Below are positions 1 through 9,118 of a stretch of DNA of 64,000 nucleotides, piece by piece. Under the pieces are notes generated by a model that was not told where the DNA came from, made no database searches, and saw only the letters and a program-made list of their open reading frames with translations. Positions within the stretch are counted from its first letter, which is position 1; each line of letters begins with the position of its first letter. The stretch is from an uncultured SAR86 cluster bacterium (GTDB taxonomy: Bacteria > Pseudomonadota > Gammaproteobacteria > Magnimaribacterales > D2472): positions 15,448-79,447 of the forward strand of contig CABXFU010000002.1 of assembly GCA_902511575.1 (NCBI GenBank). The letters run 5' to 3'. A program made the translations under genes and the position numbers.

Positions 1-517
1 CAGATTTAATATCACAGTAAGCATTATTAATTCCAAAAGTAGACGCTGAACAACCGACCATCATATCGTACGCAAAACCCTCTATGCCTAATTCATTTTG
101 AACCTCGATCGCAATAGCCGGATATGCTCTTTGGAGATTAGCAGCTGAAACAATCACAGCATCTATATCAGATGGATTTAAGCCTGCATTTTTAAGAGCT
201 TCTTTAGCTGCAAACACACTCACTTCTGCTGTAAATGATAATTCGTCATCATTTCTTGCTTTGATTTTGGGCTTCATTAGTTTTGGATTTAGCAGAGAGT
301 CTTTTTCAATGACATATCTGTTTTTTATTCCTGATGCTTTGACGATAAATTCACTTGAGGAGTGGTCTAGGGCTACTATAGAGCCTTCTTTGATTTCATT
401 TGCATGTTCTGAATTATACAAATCAACGTATTTATTAAATGATTCTACTAGCTCATCATTTGACACTTTGTCAGGCGGAGTCCAGATACCTGTACCTGAA
501 ATATGTATATCATTCAT
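1..517 (-). CDS. 3-oxoacyl-ACP synthase III (KAS III / FabH-like) family protein, N-terminal fragment; gene continues beyond window start
   Basis: Own minus-strand translation from ATG 517-515: MNDIHISGTGIWTPPDKVSNDELVESFNKYV...DAVIVSAANLQRAYPAIAIEVQNELGIEGFAYDMMVGCSASTFG. This is a thiolase-fold KAS III N-terminus with the nucleophile Cys in a GCSAS context. It is absent from the ORF track because the frame is open at the edge. Confidence 0.8.
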   Translation of the reverse strand, partial: MNDIHISGTGIWTPPDKVSNDELVESFNKYVDLYNSEHANEIKEGSIVALDHSSSEFIVKASGIKNRYVIEKDSLLNPKLMKPKIKARNDDELSFTAEVSVFAAKEALKNAGLNPSDIDAVIVSAANLQRAYPAIAIEVQNELGIEGFAYDMMVGCSASTFGINNAYCDIKS

Positions 518-551
518 GCGTTTCCCCTGTTACATGTTATTTTATAGCCTT

Positions 552-1472
552 ATGCAAAAAATATCATTAGATACTAACTCAGCTTCAAATCTCAATTTTG
601 AACTTCATCTATCAAAAACTGAATCAATTTTAGGTTTGGTTCAGATATCACATGGTATGGCTGAACATAAAGATCGATATCAAGAATTTATAGATTTTTT
701 AAATGCGAACGGTTTTCATGTTGCAATCCATGATCATCGAGGCCATGGAGATCGAATTTTAGATGACCAAATCGGATTTTTTGGGAACAACAAGGGGTGG
801 GATTTAGTTGTAGAGGACTTGCTTGCAATCCATATAGAGACCAATATGCGTTTTCCGAATATGCCAAAAATTTTGTTGGGACATAGCATGGGTTCATGGA
901 TAGGCATGTCCGCTCTTCAAAATAATAATAGTTTTGACATCGCTTTACTTTCTGGTTCTAGTCGTCCCAATACGTCTGAAACCTTTCTACAAAAATTATT
1001 GCTTAAAATTGAAATTTTAAGACTTGGAAAGATGGGGTATAGCTCTCTATTACATAAAATAATTTTTGGAGGCTTTAATGGTAAATTTAAAAATACTAAA
1101 ACTCCAAATGATTGGTTATCTAGGGACCCTGATAGAGTAGATGATTATACGAGAGACCATTTGTGCGGATTTGTTGTAACCAATCAATTGTGGGCAGATA
1201 CTATTGGAGGCATAGAGGCCGTATTCGATCCCATAAATTTAGGGTTAATAAGAAAAAATATTCCAATTTTAGTTTTTTCAGGTACTGAAGATCCGGTTGG
1301 CGGCATGGGAAAAGGTACAAGGAAATTGTATGAATGCCTGAAAAATAATGAATGCATATCAGAACTTTATCTTATTGATGGAGCAAGACATGAAACTCTT
1401 AATGAAACCAATAGAATGACAACTTATAATTACCTATTAACATTTATTAAAAATAACTTAAAAGGAGCTTGA
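552..1472 (+). CDS. alpha/beta hydrolase, lysophospholipase / monoacylglycerol-lipase-like
   Basis: HGMAEHKDRYQEF...HDHRGHGDR region, nucleophile elbow GHSMGS, C-terminal DGARHE. Start moved from track position 261 to ATG 552 because 261-517 is antisense to the KAS III gene. Confidence 0.8.
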   Translation: MQKISLDTNSASNLNFELHLSKTESILGLVQISHGMAEHKDRYQEFIDFLNANGFHVAIHDHRGHGDRILDDQIGFFGNNKGWDLVVEDLLAIHIETNMRFPNMPKILLGHSMGSWIGMSALQNNNSFDIALLSGSSRPNTSETFLQKLLLKIEILRLGKMGYSSLLHKIIFGGFNGKFKNTKTPNDWLSRDPDRVDDYTRDHLCGFVVTNQLWADTIGGIEAVFDPINLGLIRKNIPILVFSGTEDPVGGMGKGTRKLYECLKNNECISELYLIDGARHETLNETNRMTTYNYLLTFIKNNLKGA

Positions 1473-1473
1473 A

Positions 1474-2235
1474 TTGGAGCTAAAAAATAAAGTATCTCTT
1501 GTTACTGGGGCTGGCCAAGGCATTGGAGAAGGTATTGCCAAAGTTTTAGCCTCTCACGGATCAAAGGTTATGATTGTGGATTTGAATGGTGATTCAGCAA
1601 AAAAGGTAGCCAAAGAAATAAATTCATTATTTCCTAATTCTGCAAAATGCTTTGAGGCAGATCTCACTGACTCAAACGCCATCAAATCAATGATTCAAGC
1701 AACCTTATCCTCATTCACAAAATTGGATTGTATTTGTAATAATGCAGCTGCTTCAAAAGGTTTAGGGCCGGTTGAAAATTATTCACTTGAAGATGTTCAG
1801 GCTACGCTTGATTTAACTTTTACATCTTTGTGGAAATGTCTTCAAGTCGAAATTCAGGCTTTAAAAGAACAAGCCATACCTGCTTCTGTTGTTAATATTT
1901 CCTCTAATTCTGCGATCAGAGGTTACGCCTTTAATTCTATTTACGCGGCTAGTAAGGCAGCAGTAAACAATTTAACTCAGTCAGTTGCAAAGGAAGTTGC
2001 TAGAAATGGCATTAGAGTTAATGCGGTATCTCCTGGCACTATTAACACTCCCGGAGTCAGGCAGTATTTTGAGGCAGAGCCTAAAGCAAAAGAAATGCTT
2101 GAAAAATCGTCTTTGTTAAGAAGAATTGGTGAGCCCGAAGAAATTGGTGAGCTTGTTTCATTCCTTCTATCAGATCGATCATCCTTTATTACCGGCCAGG
2201 TTATTTCCGTTGATGGCGGCTCATCAATTAATTAA
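1474..2235 (+). CDS. short-chain dehydrogenase/reductase (FabG-like)
   Basis: TGAGQGIGEGIA (TGxxxGxG), NNAAA, catalytic YAASKAAV (YxxxK). TTG start 1 nt after the upstream TGA, preceded by AAAGGAG. Confidence 0.85.
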   Translation: MELKNKVSLVTGAGQGIGEGIAKVLASHGSKVMIVDLNGDSAKKVAKEINSLFPNSAKCFEADLTDSNAIKSMIQATLSSFTKLDCICNNAAASKGLGPVENYSLEDVQATLDLTFTSLWKCLQVEIQALKEQAIPASVVNISSNSAIRGYAFNSIYAASKAAVNNLTQSVAKEVARNGIRVNAVSPGTINTPGVRQYFEAEPKAKEMLEKSSLLRRIGEPEEIGELVSFLLSDRSSFITGQVISVDGGSSIN

Positions 2236-2241
2236 ATTAGA

Positions 2242-2931
2242 ATGATAAAAAAATTATTTAAATATCCGGAACTCGAACGTGTCGAAAAAAATGATGTGCG
2301 TTATTATCGAGACTCAAAAGAAAATCTCGTACCCTCTGTTACAACTATTCTGTCTGCAACCGGTGATCATTCTGGTATAGATGCATGGAAAAGAAGGGTG
2401 GGTCCCAAGACTGCAAAGGAGGTTGTTGATGAGGCAACCACCATAGGAACAGCTGTCCACCTTGCTATTGAAAATTATTTAAATGACCAGGATTGGGAAC
2501 AGTTTACCGATGATAGATTGGGTTTAATGGCCCATCAGATTGCCAAGAGATTTATTGATGACTGTTTGGGGGACATTGCAGAAGTATGGGGTCTCGAATC
2601 AGGTTTAGTAGTTGATGGTTTATACGCTGGAACAGCTGATTGTATTGGTATCTTTAAAGATCAACCAACAATCATAGATTTTAAAACAGCAAAAAAAATT
2701 AAAAGAAAAGATTGGATAGAAGATTATTTTCTTCAGGGAGCAGCCTATGCAAATGCACACAATGTTATGTATGAAACAAAAATAGATTCAATTGCAATTT
2801 TGATGGTAGATAGAGACCTGCTGTTTAAAGAATTTTTAATCAAGGGCTCAGAATTTAAGAGCTATACAGATAAATGGAAACAGAGGATTATAGGTTACTA
2901 TAAAACACATAAAATTTTAGGGAGAGAATAA
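2242..2931 (+). CDS. stand-alone PD-(D/E)XK nuclease, RecB/Cas4-type (no Fe-S cluster)
   Basis: Motifs GTAVHLAIE, GTADCIG, IIDFKTAKK (D-x-K) and QGAAYANA (QxxxY). There is no 4-Cys cluster. Confidence 0.75.
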   Translation: MIKKLFKYPELERVEKNDVRYYRDSKENLVPSVTTILSATGDHSGIDAWKRRVGPKTAKEVVDEATTIGTAVHLAIENYLNDQDWEQFTDDRLGLMAHQIAKRFIDDCLGDIAEVWGLESGLVVDGLYAGTADCIGIFKDQPTIIDFKTAKKIKRKDWIEDYFLQGAAYANAHNVMYETKIDSIAILMVDRDLLFKEFLIKGSEFKSYTDKWKQRIIGYYKTHKILGRE

Positions 2932-3669
2932 ATGAATGAATTAAAAGATAGGATTGTAATGATTACAGGTGCTAGCTCAGGTTTTGGTAAAGAGGCTGCA
3001 AAAATGTGCGTAGGTTTGGGAGCAAAAGTTGTGTTAGGAGCTCGAAGAGAAGATAAGTTAAAAGAGTTATGTGATGAGCTCGGTTCTGATTCTGCTATAT
3101 ACAAAGCCACAGATGTAACATCCAAAGAACAAATGCATGCACTGGCTCAACATGGCATTGATACTTTCGGAAGAATTGATTCATTGGTCAACAATGCTGG
3201 AGTGATGCCTTTATCGTTGCTTGAAAAGGGTAGAACCGATGAATGGGATCATATGATAGACGTAAACATTAAAGGTGTGTTGTATGGAATTGACTCAGTC
3301 TACTCACACATGCTTGAGAGAGAGTCAGGTCAAATAATTAATATTTCTTCTGTTGCAGGGAAGAGAGTGATGCCTGGAAGTGCGGTTTATTCTGGAACAA
3401 AATATGCTGTTAGAGCTATCTCAGAAGGCTTGCGATTAGAGTCATCAGGAAAGATTCAAGTTACTTGCATTTATCCTGGCGCCTTTAAAACGGAGTTAGC
3501 TTTTTCTATTAAAGATGAATCAATGCTTGAAGCCCTAATGAGCAGAGGAATCGGTAATATTGCCCAACCTGCAGAAAGAGTTGCTGAATCCATAATATAT
3601 GCCTTGCAACTTGATCCAGGAGTTTCTGTTAATGAGATAGTCATAAGGCCGACTGCTCAAGAAGCATAG
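2932..3669 (+). CDS. short-chain dehydrogenase/reductase (YdfG-like, NADP-type)
   Basis: TGASSGFGKEAA, NNAGV, YSGTKYAV. The ATG directly abuts the upstream TAA. Confidence 0.85.
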   Translation: MNELKDRIVMITGASSGFGKEAAKMCVGLGAKVVLGARREDKLKELCDELGSDSAIYKATDVTSKEQMHALAQHGIDTFGRIDSLVNNAGVMPLSLLEKGRTDEWDHMIDVNIKGVLYGIDSVYSHMLERESGQIINISSVAGKRVMPGSAVYSGTKYAVRAISEGLRLESSGKIQVTCIYPGAFKTELAFSIKDESMLEALMSRGIGNIAQPAERVAESIIYALQLDPGVSVNEIVIRPTAQEA

Positions 3670-3680
3670 CAAAAATAACG

Positions 3681-5348
3681 ATGAGAGCGTTTCTTATTGT
3701 TGCTAGCATACATGCTTCTTTAGCAACAGCAGCAATTGAATGCATAGATGCTGATTTAATTCTTCATCATGGCAACATTTACACTGGAAATAATGAAAAT
3801 TCCTTTATTGGTTCAATTGCAACCAAAGGCTCAATAATCTCCTATGTTGGTGAGCTTTTATCCGATGCTGAGTTGAGTTGCTCAGAAGCAAAAATTATAG
3901 ATTTAAGTGGCAGATATGTATTTCCTGGATTCACAGACGCACATGGACATCTCAAGGGAATTGGCTATAGGGAACTCACTTTAAATTTACAGGGAATTTC
4001 TTCATTAAACGAAACCTTGGAAGTTGTAAGGAACTATTTATCAACTAAAAAAACTGGGGAATGGATTATAGGTCGAGGCTGGATTGATAAAATCTGGCCA
4101 GAAAAAAGATTTCCATCTAGGCAAGATCTAGATTCTTTCTCTCCAAAAAATCCAGTAGTGCTTGAGAGAGCAGATGGCCATGCTGTGGTTGTGAACAGCT
4201 TGGTCTTGAAATTAGCAAACATAGATTCAAGCACGCCAGATCCTCAAGGCGGTTTTATAGAAAAAGATGAAAATGGAGAGCCAACTGGTTTATTGGTTGA
4301 TATGGCCATGAACTTAATAGCAGATCTTATACCCAAACTAACAAGAGATAACGACAAAGAAGCCTTTCTTGAAGGAATCAAAAGAAATGTTAGTCTTGGG
4401 TGGACACAAATACATGTGCCTGGTGGAACCTTTGATGATATTTCAATTTTAAATGAAATAAAATCTGAGAATAATCTTCTTCAAAGAATTTATTTCATGG
4501 TCAGTGATGGTGAACCAGCTGATCGTTTGATTAAAAACGGTCCAATAATTGATCCAGAGCATTTTTTAACTATTAGAGCTATAAAAATGTATGCTGACGG
4601 GGCGCTCGGTTCTCGTGGAGCAGCATTATTAGAAAAGTATAGTGATTATGATGGTAAAGGAGTATTTATTTTTCTTGAAGAAGATACAAAACCTAGGTTA
4701 GTTAAAGCATTACAGCAAGGAATTCAAATTGGAACACACGCTATTGGAGATCATGGAAATAGAGTGGTCTTAGATTGGTATGAAGAAACCTTTTCAAAGG
4801 CTAAAGGAAAATATCAGTTTTTTGAATCTCCTAGATGGAGAATAGAACACTCTCAAAATATTACTCCTGTTGATCAGCGTCGTTTCGTCGAATTAGATAT
4901 CATTCCTTCAATGCAGCCATCTCATGCTATAGGAGATTTGCATTTTGCAGTTGATAGATTGGGATTAGATAGAATTAATAATGCATATGCTTGGAGAAAC
5001 CTTATTGATCAAGGTCTAATTATTGCCGGCGGTACTGACGCTCCGGTTGAAATTGGTGATCCAAGAATTGAATTTTATGCTGCTATTGCTAGGAAAGATA
5101 TTGATGGATACCATGCTGAGGGGTGGAATTTAGATCAGAGGATCACAAGATTTGAAGCGTTAAAGATGTTTACTATTTGGCCTGCAATTGCTTCTTTTCA
5201 AGAGAATGTAAAGGGAACCATAGAGGTTGGCAAACTTGCCGATTTCTCTATTTTCGATAAAGACTTAATGAAAATTCATGAGCTAGAAATCCTAGAATCA
5301 AAGAATGTGTTAACAGTTGTTGGCGGTAGAATCGTTTACCAAAAATAA
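3681..5348 (+). CDS. secreted metal-dependent amidohydrolase (Amidohydro_3 / YtcJ-like)
   Basis: N-terminal signal-like segment, GFTDAHGHL (HxH metal site), HAIGD repeated, GGTDAPVE. Length is 555 aa. Confidence 0.85.
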   Translation: MRAFLIVASIHASLATAAIECIDADLILHHGNIYTGNNENSFIGSIATKGSIISYVGELLSDAELSCSEAKIIDLSGRYVFPGFTDAHGHLKGIGYRELTLNLQGISSLNETLEVVRNYLSTKKTGEWIIGRGWIDKIWPEKRFPSRQDLDSFSPKNPVVLERADGHAVVVNSLVLKLANIDSSTPDPQGGFIEKDENGEPTGLLVDMAMNLIADLIPKLTRDNDKEAFLEGIKRNVSLGWTQIHVPGGTFDDISILNEIKSENNLLQRIYFMVSDGEPADRLIKNGPIIDPEHFLTIRAIKMYADGALGSRGAALLEKYSDYDGKGVFIFLEEDTKPRLVKALQQGIQIGTHAIGDHGNRVVLDWYEETFSKAKGKYQFFESPRWRIEHSQNITPVDQRRFVELDIIPSMQPSHAIGDLHFAVDRLGLDRINNAYAWRNLIDQGLIIAGGTDAPVEIGDPRIEFYAAIARKDIDGYHAEGWNLDQRITRFEALKMFTIWPAIASFQENVKGTIEVGKLADFSIFDKDLMKIHELEILESKNVLTVVGGRIVYQK

Positions 5349-5350
5349 AC

Positions 5351-6946
5351 TTATACTTTTTTTAAAATTAAATCTGCGCACTTTGCTCCAATAACATTAC
5401 AGGTTGCATTTGTGTTGCCTGAAATGATGCTTGGAAATATTGATGCATCAGCAACTCTTAGTCCTGAAATACCTTTTACTTTTAAATGATTATCAACCAC
5501 ACATTCATCACCTTCTCCCATCTTGCATGTACCTATAGGATGATAAACTGACAAAGACTCATTTTTAATAAACTCTTCAATTTCAGCGTTTTTAGTATAT
5601 TTTATTCCAGGCTGTAATTCCTTAGCATTTAATTCTTGCATTGGAGTAGTTTTAAAAATTTCTCTAGTTTTATTTATACCTTCAATCATCCATTGCATAT
5701 CTCTTTTATCATCAAGGTAATTGGCATAGATTTTTGGGGCTTCAGACGGGTTTGAGGATGCAAGCTCTAGATGACCTCGACTCTTTGGCCTTAAATTACA
5801 AACAGATGCTGTGATGCCTGATGAAGGTTTCATAGCGCCATTTTTATTATATTTTCCAGCACCTGGTGCAAAATGAATTTGTGCATTGGGTGTTTCTACA
5901 GTGTCATTTGTTTTAAAGAACACTCCAATATCTGAGGCAGGGTAAGTCATTAATCCTCTTTGTTGAGTGAAGAATTCAAATAAATTTTTGACCATGCCTA
6001 AAGGCTTCATAAGCTCGCTAAAGGTTTTTAATTTGTTAATTTTGTAGCTTATGTTAACTGTCAAATGGTCTTGTAAGTTTTGCCCCACACCAGGCAAATC
6101 TTTTATGACGGATATTTGATGGTCTTTAAGGTGTTTCTTAGGCCCAATACCAGAAAGCATTAATATCTGCGGAGAGTTGATACTTCCTCCACAAAGAATT
6201 ATCTCAGAAGTAGACCCAATCACATGAACCTCATTTTTAATTTTAACCTTCACACCTATTGCTTTTTTATTTGATGTAATAACTTTTTCAACCAAAGCAT
6301 TAGTTAACAAATCAAGATTTGTTCTATCGAGCACAGGTTTCAAAAACGCATCAGCCGCGCTAAACCTTTGCCCATCTTTAATATTTACTTGATATTGACC
6401 AAAACCCCCTTGATCATCGCCATTGAAATCATTGTTTTGAGCCAACCCATATTTTTTACATGCGTTCAAAAAAGATTTTGAAGCTTCGAGAATAGGTTCA
6501 TATGTTTGCACCCATAAAGAACCAAAATTTCCATGATATTGATCCTCGTGATTTTGATTATTCTCAAGAGCAACAAAATATTTCATTAGATTCCGATAGC
6601 CCCATCCTTTGTTTCCAGCTCTTTCCCATGCTTCATAATCTTCAGCTTGCCCTCTGATATAAAGCATTCCATTGATAGAACTACTACCTCCAAGAGTTTT
6701 ACCCCGAGGCCAATTAATCGTTCTATTGTTTAAATTCTTTTCCGGTTCAGTTTCATAGCACCAACCATATTTTTTATTTTTAAATAATGAGCTAGCAGCT
6801 AAAGGCATCTTAATAGATGAATAGTTATCCATTGGACCAGCCTCAATCAAAAGGACAGAATTCTCAGGATTTTCAGAGAGTTTATTAGCTAAAACGCAAC
6901 CTGCACTTCCTGCACCAATAATGATATATTTGTGACTAAATTTCAT
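5351..6946 (-). CDS. GMC-family FAD oxidoreductase (choline/alcohol dehydrogenase-like)
   Basis: MKFSHKYIIIGAGSAGCVLANKLSE (FAD GxGxxG), GGSSSINGMLYIRG, HPIGTCKMG, ADASIFP. Start trimmed to ATG 6946 so that it does not overlap the divergent gene. Confidence 0.9.
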   Translation of the reverse strand: MKFSHKYIIIGAGSAGCVLANKLSENPENSVLLIEAGPMDNYSSIKMPLAASSLFKNKKYGWCYETEPEKNLNNRTINWPRGKTLGGSSSINGMLYIRGQAEDYEAWERAGNKGWGYRNLMKYFVALENNQNHEDQYHGNFGSLWVQTYEPILEASKSFLNACKKYGLAQNNDFNGDDQGGFGQYQVNIKDGQRFSAADAFLKPVLDRTNLDLLTNALVEKVITSNKKAIGVKVKIKNEVHVIGSTSEIILCGGSINSPQILMLSGIGPKKHLKDHQISVIKDLPGVGQNLQDHLTVNISYKINKLKTFSELMKPLGMVKNLFEFFTQQRGLMTYPASDIGVFFKTNDTVETPNAQIHFAPGAGKYNKNGAMKPSSGITASVCNLRPKSRGHLELASSNPSEAPKIYANYLDDKRDMQWMIEGINKTREIFKTTPMQELNAKELQPGIKYTKNAEIEEFIKNESLSVYHPIGTCKMGEGDECVVDNHLKVKGISGLRVADASIFPSIISGNTNATCNVIGAKCADLILKKV

Positions 6947-6966
6947 TAATCTAATATCTCTCAGGG

Positions 6967-7665
6967 ATGAAAATGCGTCAAGTAATTGCAATTGGTGGAG
7001 GGGGTTTTGGCAGGACTCAAGAATCGAATTTAATCGAGCAGTTTATTCTGGATCAAACATCTAAGAAAAATCCAAAAATTTGCTTCATTCCAACAGCTAC
7101 CGGAGATTTAGATCCTTATATTGTTAACTATTATTCTGTTTTCTCCAAACTAAATTGTGAAGCTACGCACATCAGTTTTTTTAAGAGAACCATTGATCTT
7201 GAGGAACATGTTTTAAAACAAGATGCAATTTTTGTTGGTGGAGGAAATACCAAGAGCATGTTGGCCGTATGGAAAGATTGGGGCTTAGATTTAATTTTAA
7301 AAAAAGCATACGACAGAGGCATTGTAATGAGTGGTGTCAGTGCCGGAGCTATCTGTTGGTTTAAAAATGGACTGACCGATTCATGGGCTAGTGAATTAAA
7401 GATGATGGAATGTATGAATTTCATTCCGGGCAATTGCGCTCCTCACTATGATGAAGAACCAGAAAGACGACCAGCAACCAAAAAATTTCTTCAAGATCAG
7501 TCAATCACCTCAATGTTTGGTATTGAGGGAGGGGCAGCTCTTCATTTTATTGACGAGCAACCTAACTCCACCATAAGATTTAAAAAAAATAAAAATGCCT
7601 ATCGAGTGACTCTTGAATCAAATAAAGTTAATGAAGATCCCTATAAAGTGGTGGAATTAGATTGA
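6967..7665 (+). CDS. peptidase S51 family (dipeptidase E / cyanophycinase-like)
   Basis: IAIGGGGF, FVGGGNT, nucleophile context MSGVSAGAICW, then PHYD. The start could instead be the second ATG at 6973. Confidence 0.75.
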   Translation: MKMRQVIAIGGGGFGRTQESNLIEQFILDQTSKKNPKICFIPTATGDLDPYIVNYYSVFSKLNCEATHISFFKRTIDLEEHVLKQDAIFVGGGNTKSMLAVWKDWGLDLILKKAYDRGIVMSGVSAGAICWFKNGLTDSWASELKMMECMNFIPGNCAPHYDEEPERRPATKKFLQDQSITSMFGIEGGAALHFIDEQPNSTIRFKKNKNAYRVTLESNKVNEDPYKVVELD

Positions 7666-8102
7666 TGAATTTATGGTTTCTAATAAATCCTTTTGTTGCA
7701 TTGCTAGCAAGATCACCTTTGCATTTTATCATCAGTCATCAAGTCCTTGTTATTCAATTTCAGGGCAGAAGATCTGGTAAATCATATCTTGTTCCGGTTA
7801 GCTATCATCAGCATGCATCTTCATATACGTGCGTTACACTGAGATCAAATATTTGGTGGAGAAACTTAAAAGATATATCTCATACTCAGATTTGGCTTAA
7901 AGGCAAATTATTGGATGTTCAAATTGACTTAGAATTTAACAATGATCAAATTGTTGAAAATACTTTGAGAGACCTTGTTACTAGCAATAAAGTGGATGCT
8001 TATTTTGCAAAGATTAAATTAAATAAAGATGGCTCACCAAACACAGAGGATTTAATTAAAGCAGCTAAACTGCATACCGTACTAAAGTTTACAATTACTT
8101 AG
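7665..8102 (+). CDS. DUF385 / deazaflavin-dependent nitroreductase-like split-barrel protein
   Basis: GRRSGKSYLVPVSY motif typical of the family, about 145 aa. ATG 7665 overlaps the upstream TGA (TGATG); the track used TTG 7662. Confidence 0.5.
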   Translation: MNLWFLINPFVALLARSPLHFIISHQVLVIQFQGRRSGKSYLVPVSYHQHASSYTCVTLRSNIWWRNLKDISHTQIWLKGKLLDVQIDLEFNNDQIVENTLRDLVTSNKVDAYFAKIKLNKDGSPNTEDLIKAAKLHTVLKFTIT

Positions 8103-8103
8103 A

Positions 8104-8499
8104 TTATTCTCTTAGTTTAATTTGTTTTTCAGTTCTTATTTCCATTTGGGTTTTGCCCTCATGCTCAGAAATGTAACCTTTAACACAAACATTTTTTCTT
8201 TTTAGAAATTTTTCAGGCTTGTATGAGAAATATTCTGAAAATCTACCAAACCATATCAAACCTGTCATTTGTTGATTGGGATAATCTCTTCCAAAATTTA
8301 AAAAAATTGGACCACCAGATGCTCTTTTTAAATACTTTGTTGAAACAATTCTTCCGCAAACAATCTTTGTTTCACCGACATATTTATATGCTTCTTTTAC
8401 TTCAATTGCTTGTTGTGATTGAGCATATAAATGCAGAGGACTGAAAAATAACAACCCAAAACATGAAAAAAATCTAATTTGGCTCTTAAAGGTTCTCAT
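8104..8499 (-). CDS. small secreted hypothetical protein
   Basis: Signal peptide FFSCFGLLFFSPLHLYAQS. The 131-aa ORF fills the gap between neighbours. I recognise no family with certainty. Confidence 0.55.
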   Translation of the reverse strand: MRTFKSQIRFFSCFGLLFFSPLHLYAQSQQAIEVKEAYKYVGETKIVCGRIVSTKYLKRASGGPIFLNFGRDYPNQQMTGLIWFGRFSEYFSYKPEKFLKRKNVCVKGYISEHEGKTQMEIRTEKQIKLRE

Positions 8500-8547
8500 A
8501 ACTAAATCATAGTATATATTTCATTTTTAGTCTGAATAAGTTAATTT

Positions 8548-8561
8548 ATTCATTAATGAAT
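8548..8561. repeat. perfect 14-bp palindrome ATTCATTAATGAAT (operator-like) 18 nt upstream of the HD gene start
   Basis: Read directly and verified by reverse-complementing. Lies in the 79-bp divergent intergenic region 8500-8578. Confidence 0.5.
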
Positions 8562-8578
8562 TAAATATAGGTAGTTTT

Positions 8579-9118
8579 ATGTTTACAAGAATGGACCAAA
8601 GTACCGAAGAGGAATGGCAGCATATAAGTGAAGAGCATATGCCTCATATCTTTGATATGCCAAAAAGAATAACCTCAATGCTAAAGCAAGCCGAGTCTTT
8701 AACACTTGGTTTTGGAACTGATCAACTCCATCATGCCCTGCAGACCGCAACAATGGCAAGAAGAGCAGGCGCAGAGGATGAAATGGTGCTCATTAGCTTG
8801 ATACACGATATTGGCAAAGTAATTAATGTACCGAATCATGGACAAATTGCAGCAGAAATGATTAAACCCTATGTTAGTGAAGATGCATATCACATCATCA
8901 GAACTCATCAGGATTTCCAGGGAGAGCATTACTATCACTATATGGGCAAACCCCAAGATTTGCGCAAGCAGTATGAGGGTGAAGCATGGTATGCAAAGGC
9001 AACTGAATTCACTGATGAATGGGATCAAGCCGCTTTTGATCCTGACTATGAAACTGATAGCTTGGAATCTTTTGAACCATTGATTAACAAATTTTTTGCA
9101 GCCCCTCATACTATATAG
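8579..9118 (+). CDS. HD-domain protein, PhnZ/MIOX-like (putative diiron oxygenase or phosphohydrolase)
   Basis: QLHHALQTATMARRAGAEDEMVLISLIHDIGK, then NHGQIAAE, IRTHQDF, EWDQAAFD. This is an H..HD..H..H..D ligand pattern. Confidence 0.75.
   Translation: MFTRMDQSTEEEWQHISEEHMPHIFDMPKRITSMLKQAESLTLGFGTDQLHHALQTATMARRAGAEDEMVLISLIHDIGKVINVPNHGQIAAEMIKPYVSEDAYHIIRTHQDFQGEHYYHYMGKPQDLRKQYEGEAWYAKATEFTDEWDQAAFDPDYETDSLESFEPLINKFFAAPHTI

Noticed and set aside
261-551. 5' part of the 403-aa track ORF 261..1472
   Set aside because: Region 261-517 is antisense to a well-supported KAS III-like gene whose ATG is at 517. The hydrolase domain only begins after ATG 552, so the long ORF is an over-extension.
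688-897. 69-aa minus-strand ORF inside the lysophospholipase-like gene
   Set aside because: It is antisense to a motif-supported CDS and has no recognisable features.
6947-6991. N-terminal extension of the GMC oxidoreductase ORF
   Set aside because: It would overlap the divergent S51 peptidase gene. The FAD GxGxxG motif follows ATG 6946 at the normal distance.
7131-7433. 100-aa antisense ORF within the S51 peptidase gene
   Set aside because: It is the shadow frame of a motif-supported gene with low-complexity composition.
8548-8561. Interpretation of the 14-bp palindrome as a Fur box
   Set aside because: Its even-length ATTCATT|AATGAAT symmetry does not align with the GATAATGATAATCATTATC consensus in any register I tried. 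It is kept only as an unassigned operator-like palindrome.
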